DNA from: a virus
Length of the DNA: 6,043 bases
Virus record (IMG/VR): IMGVR_UViG_3300020029_000007
Location: 1 to 6,043 of that record
Direction: 5' to 3' (one strand)
Below the pieces are notes generated by a model. That model was not told the origin of the DNA and searched no databases. It saw nothing but the letters and a program-made list of their open reading frames with translations. Shown here one piece after another: positions 1 to 5,327 of the stretch; the first letter of the stretch is position 1; each line of letters opens with the position of its first letter. The position numbers and the translations under genes are program-made.

Positions 1-121
1 AGATGGAAAACTTACACCTTTATCTTGCCTCCTCCAACATCGCCGTTATACGCGAAAATTCGTATCTGCTGGCGTTGGTGATTTTCTTGGTTATATGCCT
101 CGCCCTTCTGCTCGTGTTTCG
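1..121. repeat. Terminal direct repeat, copy 1 (identical to 5923..6043); circular-contig overlap rather than a biological repeat
   Basis: By-eye comparison: agatggaaaacttacacctttatcttgcc...ctgctcgtgtttcg occurs identically at both window ends. It lies inside coding sequence of the Rep gene. Confidence 0.96.
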
Positions 122-475
122 TCGTGGTCTTATTTCGATTTTAAGAAGGGTATCAATTTTAATTACTCGATTCCTCGATATTATCTTAGGTATCTTAAAT
201 TGGAAGACGAAGTCGTTCGCTCGATTACTGCTGCTGATGCTTATGCACATTTTAGCAAGTCTCCTTTGGTTAAGTGTATTGTGTCTTTGTGTGTTGAGCG
301 GTTCAACCTCAATTCCGCCGTATCCAATAGAGCGTCGTATGCATGGGAACAAAAGCAAATAATGCGCTTTGCAGCATCTTCTCGGAAGATGCCCGACTTA
401 GACCCTCCTACTTGGCTAGATTTAGATATTCTCCGATTTTGGAGAGATCATTATAAACTTCAACTAATTACTTAA
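1..475 (+). CDS. VP4: Replication initiation protein (Rep, VP4 / protein A family), C-terminal portion; continuation of 5327..6043 across the circular junction
   Basis: The frame with codon starts at 2, 5, ... is the frame of ORF 95..475 in the track (MPRPSARVS...). The same residues YMPRPSARVS end the open frame that runs off the window at 6043. Stop TAA is at 473..475, 3 nt before the capsid ATG. The joined CDS 5327..5922 + 1..475 is 1,071 nt, giving 356 aa. Confidence 0.9.
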   Translation, partial: DGKLTPLSCLLQHRRYTRKFVSAGVGDFLGYMPRPSARVSSWSYFDFKKGINFNYSIPRYYLRYLKLEDEVVRSITAADAYAHFSKSPLVKCIVSLCVERFNLNSAVSNRASYAWEQKQIMRFAASSRKMPDLDPPTWLDLDILRFWRDHYKLQLIT

Positions 476-478
476 TTT

Positions 479-2278
479 ATGGGAAAACAACCTTTTATTT
501 CTCACGTTGTTAACGGCTACTCTCGTTATGATGTTCCTGAGAGTAAAGCCTTTACGTGCACACCGGGTATTCTCTATCCGGTGCGGATTGATTTTATCAA
601 TGCTCGAGACCGTGTATCTATTGAGCAGGGAATTGATGTTCGTAGTAACCCCCTTGCCGTTCCTACGTTCAATCCTTACACTGTTCGTCTGCATCGTTTT
701 TGGGTGCCGCTTCAGCTTTATCACCCCGAATTGAGGACGAATAGTAGTAAGTTTGACATGAATAATTTGAGTTTGAATTGGATTACCGCCCTTGTTGGTA
801 CGAGCGGAACAACCACTCCCAATTCCGCTCTTGGTGCTTCGCGTGCCTATCCTAACTCACTTATGTCCTGGCTTCGTGTTTCTAATAAGACATCGCTGCA
901 GCTTTCAAACCAACCTCCTTATACTGCTAGCCTCCCTTCCGGCGCTGCGGTTAATCAGTGGGCAAACGCTGATACATATCTAGCTTATTGGGATATTGTC
1001 CGAAATTATTACAGCTACTCGCAGTGGTCTTTATTTTCGATTGCGTGGCCTGCTTCCTGGTCGATTCTCGAAGACTCCTATTCTTTTGCCGCCCAATCTA
1101 CGTATTTCAAACAAGAGTTCTCTAATCTAGAGTTTCTTGATGCCTACTTTGAGAGCCAGTTTTATCCGTCAGCCGTTTCGAGTACGAACAACACTTTCAA
1201 TAGAGGTAACTTGTTTTTTCAGATAATCAATTCTCAACTTCCTTCAGGCGGCGATCAAGATGGTTACCCCGTTTCTGCTACGCTGCCTAGCGGTGCTAAC
1301 ATTGTCTCTGGAGGTGGCCCGTCAGGTCAGTTTTCTGGTGCTATAGGTGAGAATTCTGTCTCTAGTATTTCCGCTTTCCTATTCGCACATCCTATGGCTG
1401 TTGTACCTTCGAATCCTGATCGTTTTAGTCGCCTTATTCCTGTAGGCTCTTCGTCTGCTGTTTCTATGACTGGCGTAAGCACTATTCCGCAGCTGGCTAT
1501 TGCTTCTCGCCTTCAGGAATACAAAGACCTCCTCGGCGCTGGAGGTAGCCGTTATAGCGATTGGTTGGAGACGTTTTTTGCATCGAAGATCGAACACGTC
1601 GATCGCCCGAAGCTTCTTTTTAGTGCGTCGCAGACTGTTAATGTGCAGATTGTTATGAATCAGGCGGGACAGAATAATTTTTCCGGTTCGAGTGTTAATG
1701 GCCCTCTTGGACAACAAGGTGGTGCTATCGCATTCAATGATCGGTTAGGTCGTCGACAATCTTATTATTTCCGCGAACCCGGCTACATGATCGATATGCT
1801 GAGTATTCGTCCTGTTTATTTTTGGAGTGGCATCACCCCTGATTATTTGAACTATCAAGGCTCTGACTACTTTAACCCTATTTATAATGATATAGGTTAC
1901 CAGGACGTTCCCGCGGCTCGGCTTTTCAGCAATGCTGCTGGTTCGAACCTCGGTCTCGCAGTTGCTTACGAGCCTTGCTTTAACGAGTTTCGTTCGTCCT
2001 ATGATGAGGTATTGGGTTCGTTGTCTTCGTATCCTGCCCCTGAGTTAAGCGTCCCTAAGCCTCTTTACTCGTATTGGGTGCAACAGCGCTCTCTTGGTTT
2101 TTCGTATGTAGGTTCTGCTGGCGTTAATTATTATCCTGCTCTTTTCGTGGATATGGCGCAAGTTAATTCGCCTTTTGCGTCCAATGTAGAGGATAATTTC
2201 TTTATAAATATGTCTTATTCGGTTCAAAAGAAGAATCTTGTCAACAAAACCTTTGCTACTCGTTTGTCTAACCGTTAA
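479..2278 (+). CDS. VP1: Major capsid protein (Microviridae VP1 / F-protein family), 599 aa
   Basis: This is the longest ORF. Its N-terminal region (...PGILYPVRIDFINARDRVSIEQGIDVRSNPLAVPTFNPYTVRLHRFWVPLQLYHPEL...) has the layout typical of microvirus capsid proteins, including the hydrophobic F[FW]VP.R/Q block. Size and position next to Rep fit non-Bullavirinae microviruses. Identification is from memory of the family, not a search. Confidence 0.93.
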   Translation: MGKQPFISHVVNGYSRYDVPESKAFTCTPGILYPVRIDFINARDRVSIEQGIDVRSNPLAVPTFNPYTVRLHRFWVPLQLYHPELRTNSSKFDMNNLSLNWITALVGTSGTTTPNSALGASRAYPNSLMSWLRVSNKTSLQLSNQPPYTASLPSGAAVNQWANADTYLAYWDIVRNYYSYSQWSLFSIAWPASWSILEDSYSFAAQSTYFKQEFSNLEFLDAYFESQFYPSAVSSTNNTFNRGNLFFQIINSQLPSGGDQDGYPVSATLPSGANIVSGGGPSGQFSGAIGENSVSSISAFLFAHPMAVVPSNPDRFSRLIPVGSSSAVSMTGVSTIPQLAIASRLQEYKDLLGAGGSRYSDWLETFFASKIEHVDRPKLLFSASQTVNVQIVMNQAGQNNFSGSSVNGPLGQQGGAIAFNDRLGRRQSYYFREPGYMIDMLSIRPVYFWSGITPDYLNYQGSDYFNPIYNDIGYQDVPAARLFSNAAGSNLGLAVAYEPCFNEFRSSYDEVLGSLSSYPAPELSVPKPLYSYWVQQRSLGFSYVGSAGVNYYPALFVDMAQVNSPFASNVEDNFFINMSYSVQKKNLVNKTFATRLSNR

Positions 2279-2290
2279 TACATTAATTTT

Positions 2291-2587
2291 ATGGCACTTG
2301 ATTGGTTACTTGAGGATACTCCTGCTTACGTTTCTCGCGGTCAGCGTATTCTTTCCGTTCTTGATGGTTCTGGCTCTGTCGATGTTTTACCCGGGCGTCC
2401 GGATGTAGTGGTCGAACCTTCTGATTTTGATAAGGGCGACAAATTCAACCCTGAAATCGACTTCGACCCTAATTCATTTTCTCGTATGGATAAGTTCGAC
2501 GGACTCGAAGTTGGTCAGGAACTTATTGACTCAGAGATAGATAGGTCTAAGTCTGCTTCGAAGTCTACTAACCCTGAAGAAAAATAG
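2291..2587 (+). CDS. Hypothetical strongly acidic protein, 98 aa; possible scaffolding-type protein (function unverified)
   Basis: ATG at 2291 lies 12 nt after the VP1 stop, with the same AT-rich start context (cattaatttt ATG) as VP1 (acttaattt ATG). By my count there are about 22 D/E against about 11 K/R. Short recurring motifs are present: DFDKGDKF, IDFDPNSF, DKFDG. Stop is TAG at 2585..2587. Confidence 0.6.
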   Translation: MALDWLLEDTPAYVSRGQRILSVLDGSGSVDVLPGRPDVVVEPSDFDKGDKFNPEIDFDPNSFSRMDKFDGLEVGQELIDSEIDRSKSASKSTNPEEK

Positions 2588-2617
2588 TTCTTTCTTTACT
2601 TGACGATATATGTTACG

Positions 2618-2695
2618 TGCGCGGACCCCTTCTGCAAGAGTTCGTGAATTGCTGAAGGTTATTGGTAACGACTGCGGGAGAGGCCGCGCATTTTT
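2618..2695 (+). promoter_or_regulatory. Nested stem-loop followed by a T5 run, in the largest non-coding spacer; candidate complementary-strand origin or terminator/attenuator
   Basis: Outer stem tgcgcgg (2618..2624) pairs perfectly with ccgcgca (2684..2690). Inner stem ccttctgcaa (2628..2637) pairs with ttgctgaagg (2649..2658) at 9 of 10 positions, with an 11-nt loop. ttttt follows at 2691..2695. Confidence 0.5.
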
Positions 2696-2720
2696 CTATC
2701 GTTCTTTAAATTTTACTATC

Positions 2721-2912
2721 ATGTCCGATATTAAACAACCATTCTATAAGTCGAAGGCGTTTTGGACGCTCGTCTCTTCTATTGTTGCCGCTTTGGCTGC
2801 CTTTTTCCTTGCCTCGTGTTCTGCTCAAGCTAGAATGCAGCGTAGTGGCGTTCACATCGATACCGTGCGTGTCGATTATATCATCCGTTCTAACAATTTA
2901 ACTCACATGTAG
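2721..2912 (+). CDS. Small predicted lipoprotein, 63-aa precursor (about 30-aa mature peptide after Cys33)
   Basis: Sequence: MSDIKQPFYKSKAFWTLVSSIVAALAAFFLASC|SAQARMQRSGVHIDTVRVDYIIRSNNLTHM. It has a Lys-containing n-region, a hydrophobic h-region, and the lipobox L-A-S-C (nt 2808..2819). The gene occupies its own space with no overlap with core genes. Stop TAG is at 2910..2912, 1 nt before the VP2 ATG. The track's upstream ATG (2610) would translate through the hairpin spacer, so I prefer 2721. Confidence 0.6.
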   Translation: MSDIKQPFYKSKAFWTLVSSIVAALAAFFLASCSAQARMQRSGVHIDTVRVDYIIRSNNLTHM

Positions 2913-2913
2913 T

Positions 2914-4281
2914 ATGCCTATTCCTGTTGCCGCTGCTGCATCTTTCGGTCAAGCTCTTGGTCAATCCGCCGCTTCTACGGGCACTACTGGCCTAATTACT
3001 GGCGCCCTCGGTCAGCTTTTCGGAGGCATGAACGCCCGCCGCCAGTGGCGTTTCCAGCAAAAGCAGATGAAACTTCAGCAGCAGTATGCTTTAGAGCAAA
3101 TGCAAAAACAGTCAGAGCTTTCTTATGCTAATTGGCAGAGACAGTTTGACTACGAGAATGCTTATAATGACCCTTCGAAGCTTTTTGCTCGCTATTTGAA
3201 GGCTGGTGTTACTCCCGCGGCTGTTCTTGGTTCTTCGGGTGTTGGTGTTAACGCTACTATGTCAGGAGGTTCTGCCGCTATGCCTTCCGCTGCTGGCCCT
3301 TCTGGTGGCTCTTCAGTCAGTCCCGGTGCTTCGCCTGTTGCCGACCCTACTGCTATCGCGCAGAATATGGTTGCGCAGTCAACGGTAAGCCGTAACGATG
3401 CTGCTGCTAATCGCGATAACGCTGAGGCTCAGTCGATTAATGACCAGAATGTTGGCAATCAACTTTATACTGTTATGGCTCAAGCCCGTGTAGCTCTTGA
3501 TGAGGCAGTAACAAAACATAATTTAGCAGCCCATGATGTTCTTCGAGTTCAAGAGGATATAGAAAAGAATAATCGATTTATTTCTGATGCTACCCTTTTG
3601 AGTGTCATTGATGAAAAGAAGAATCAGGCTGCCCTTGTCGCTGCGGAAGTTCGCCGCTTGAATATCGAGAATGAAAATATAGGTGCGATCATGTCGGCTC
3701 AAGCCTTTATGATGAATACTCAGGCCGCTCTTAATCAAGTTCTTGGCGAACAGGCTCGCGAAGTTATAGAGTCTTTGCGTTTAAACAATCTTGACACTGC
3801 TAATGAGCTTGCACGTAATTGGGAAAAGCGTTTCGATATCGAAATTCCGAATCCTCAGTATTCAGAAAATCTTAGAAGTAAAAACCCTATTACTCGTGGA
3901 AATCCCGGTCCTAAAACTTTCAAGATTTCAATGTCGCTTAAAGATTTTCATGATAAAACTATTATAAACGAAGCAAATGCATCTGACTTCCTTCCCGAGC
4001 AGGCCCGCATTGCTCTTCGTAACGCGAAGGTTGACCCGTATGTTGAAATTTCTAAAGCCTTGGTTGGCGCGGCTGCTAGTATTGCTGGCGCAGGCATAAT
4101 TCGTGGAGGTATGTCTCGTGCGTCTAAGACTATCTCTGCCGGCGGTTCTACCAGTGATTCTGCTGGTTCTTCACTTACGACTCGTTACGACTCGAGAGGA
4201 AATCTTGTTGGTTATGCAAAAACAGAGATGACTCGTGGCACTCATTCGAGCTCGTACAATACTACTCGAAACTATCGTTAG
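2914..4281 (+). CDS. VP2: Minor capsid / DNA pilot protein (Microviridae VP2, functional analogue of phiX174 H), 455 aa
   Basis: The N-terminus is Gly/Ala-rich and hydrophobic (PIPVAAAASFGQALGQSAASTGTTGLITGALGQLFGG). It is followed by a Q-rich helix and the block NWQRQFDYENAYNDPSKLFARYLKAGVTPAAVLG (nt 3130..3231). That block resembles the conserved 'YN.P...R...AG.NP' signature of microvirus VP2 proteins. A long heptad-like central region and a Ser/Gly-rich tail follow. Its position after VP1 is typical. Confidence 0.85.
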   Translation: MPIPVAAAASFGQALGQSAASTGTTGLITGALGQLFGGMNARRQWRFQQKQMKLQQQYALEQMQKQSELSYANWQRQFDYENAYNDPSKLFARYLKAGVTPAAVLGSSGVGVNATMSGGSAAMPSAAGPSGGSSVSPGASPVADPTAIAQNMVAQSTVSRNDAAANRDNAEAQSINDQNVGNQLYTVMAQARVALDEAVTKHNLAAHDVLRVQEDIEKNNRFISDATLLSVIDEKKNQAALVAAEVRRLNIENENIGAIMSAQAFMMNTQAALNQVLGEQAREVIESLRLNNLDTANELARNWEKRFDIEIPNPQYSENLRSKNPITRGNPGPKTFKISMSLKDFHDKTIINEANASDFLPEQARIALRNAKVDPYVEISKALVGAAASIAGAGIIRGGMSRASKTISAGGSTSDSAGSSLTTRYDSRGNLVGYAKTEMTRGTHSSSYNTTRNYR

Positions 4282-4296
4282 AATTGTTGATTTTTT

Positions 4297-4327
4297 TTTG
4301 TATTTTAAGTTTTTGTTGTTAAATTTG
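4297..4327 (+). promoter_or_regulatory. Candidate Bacteroidota-type promoter (-33 TTTG / -7 TAnnTTTG) upstream of the ORFan cassette
   Basis: TTTG is at 4297..4300 and TAAATTTG at 4320..4327, a 19-nt gap. Both sit in the 72-nt AT-rich spacer between the VP2 stop (4281) and the ATG at 4354. The match is to the Bacteroides primary-sigma consensus and rests on motif only. Confidence 0.35.
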
Positions 4328-4353
4328 CCTTGTAAACCAATAATCTTATTATT

Positions 4354-4659
4354 ATGAAAAAGCTTAAGCAACCTGTAATTGACAAGCTGCGACTCGATGT
4401 TATAGAGTACGCGTTCGTAGAGTGGCTTGTCCGCCGAGGCATATTTACGGCCTTTAGGGCGAACTATGATCGCGTTCCTACGACTCGTAAAACCTTTCGA
4501 GACTGCTTGCGTGATCAAATCCAATATGTTTATCGTTCGCCCAGCCTTGGCCCCGAGTCTCTCATCTCCTCTGCTTTTCTGTTTACTTCAACCCCTGAGG
4601 GTTACGAATTCTGGATCAAGCACTCAGACGCTTGGAAGCGTTTTTACGATGAGCTCTAA
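4354..4659 (+). CDS. Hypothetical protein, 101 aa
   Basis: ATG has the AT-rich context cttattatt ATG. The protein has ordinary composition (MKKLKQPVIDKLRLDVIEYAFVEWLVRRG...TPEGYEFWIKHSDAWKRFYDEL). Stop is TAA. I recognise no family with confidence. Confidence 0.6.
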   Translation: MKKLKQPVIDKLRLDVIEYAFVEWLVRRGIFTAFRANYDRVPTTRKTFRDCLRDQIQYVYRSPSLGPESLISSAFLFTSTPEGYEFWIKHSDAWKRFYDEL

Positions 4660-4682
4660 ATGAAATATTAAATTATACTATT

Positions 4683-5006
4683 ATGACACACGTTCATGTT
4701 GTTATTCGCCGCGTTAATCCGGCCCTGAAGGTTGACTTCGTACAGGTAGGCTGCATCAAAGATGAGCAGTTTGAAACTCTTCATCTTGATGCTCTTGCTC
4801 GTACTCCTATTTCTGACTATGTAGAGCATTCTACTATTTCTGTTTCGCCCTATATCGATCATAGTCGTATTCCTAGTCTCGTAGAGGCCCTGATCGCGTA
4901 CCCTGATTTTTCGATTGACTTTTTCGATAATACACTTGTCCTTATGTTTAATGCTGATCTGACTCACGATGAAAGCACGTCGAAAGAAGAAGGGAAAGGG
5001 AACTAA
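4683..5006 (+). CDS. Hypothetical acidic protein, 107 aa
   Basis: ATG lies 23 nt after the previous stop, in the context tatactatt ATG. The translation looks globular and ends in a charged tail (DESTSKEEGKGN). The fully overlapping minus-strand ORF (4668..5015) has the R/N/K/I-rich composition expected of an antisense artefact. Confidence 0.55.
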   Translation: MTHVHVVIRRVNPALKVDFVQVGCIKDEQFETLHLDALARTPISDYVEHSTISVSPYIDHSRIPSLVEALIAYPDFSIDFFDNTLVLMFNADLTHDESTSKEEGKGN

Positions 5007-5052
5007 GGTAGTCACCCGCCCGCTCGGTGGAAGAGTTCTTTAACTCGTTGAG

Positions 5053-5089
5053 CCCCAGGAGATTTTGTTTCTCCTGAGGGTTCTTTTTT
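5053..5089 (+). terminator. Intrinsic (rho-independent) terminator-like hairpin plus T tract
   Basis: Stem ccccaggaga (5053..5062) pairs with tctcctgaggg (5070..5080): 10 bp with one bulged A (5077) and a 7-nt loop ttttgtt. It is followed directly by ttctttttt (5081..5089). It sits 47 nt after the stop at 5006. Confidence 0.6.
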
Positions 5090-5126
5090 ATTCATTCGTT
5101 CGTCGGTATATTCTAATTTTTGAATT

Positions 5127-5327
5127 ATGGATTATTTTGATTTTAGACCCAAGTATTCTCCTGTCATTAATAGTGCACCTCATCGTTACTCGATTGGCGC
5201 GTATCGTGGTCGAAAGCGAGTTATTATCGCTTGGTTTGTCGACGAAAACCCTGCGAACCAATATCTTATTCGTTGTCGTCGTACTAACCCTTATGTTAAA
5301 TTCGATTGTCTTAAAAGTCTCTTCTGA
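5127..5327 (+). CDS. Hypothetical small basic protein, 66 aa, translationally coupled to Rep
   Basis: Sequence: MDYFDFRPKYSPVINSAPHRYSIGAYRGRKRVIIAWFVDENPANQYLIRCRRTNPYVKFDCLKSLF, with about 12 K/R against about 5 D/E. Its TGA stop (5325..5327) shares one nucleotide with the Rep ATG (5327..5329) in the string tgatg. Confidence 0.5.
   Translation: MDYFDFRPKYSPVINSAPHRYSIGAYRGRKRVIIAWFVDENPANQYLIRCRRTNPYVKFDCLKSLF

Noticed and set aside
1-121. Terminal 121-nt repeats as biological LTR, att or IS ends
   Set aside because: The repeats are direct and exact, lie inside the Rep coding sequence, and join the two Rep halves in frame. This is what a circular genome assembled with overlapping ends looks like. 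No transposase, integrase or target-site duplication is present.
507-983. + strand alternative-frame ORFs inside VP1 (507..734, 792..983), and the equivalent ones inside VP2 (3206..3388) and the 101-aa ORFan (4427..4663)
   Set aside because: All are in the frame whose second codon position is the host gene's T-rich wobble position. That suppresses stop codons and yields Leu/Phe/Val-rich pseudo-proteins. They are short and some use non-ATG starts. Nothing distinguishes them from this compositional background.
2600-2630. TTGACG at 2600..2605 as a sigma-70 -35 box
   Set aside because: No acceptable TATAAT-like -10 lies 16-19 nt downstream; the sequence there is gcgcggacc. The rest of the genome's signals point to a non-sigma-70-type (Bacteroidota) host.
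2707-2714. TAAATTTT (2707..2714) and TAATTTTT (5113..5120) as additional -7 promoter boxes
   Set aside because: Both miss the terminal G of TAnnTTTG and sit only about 6-7 nt from the following ATG. In AT-rich spacers such near-matches are expected by chance.
2610-2720. Upstream ATG (2610) giving a 100-aa version of the lipoprotein ORF
   Set aside because: The 37-aa extension (MLRARTPSARVRELLKVIGNDCGRGRAFFYRSLNFTI) would bury the signal peptide internally. It would also be translated through the nested GC-rich hairpin. The ATG at 2721 gives a canonical N-terminal type II signal peptide. Not fully excluded.
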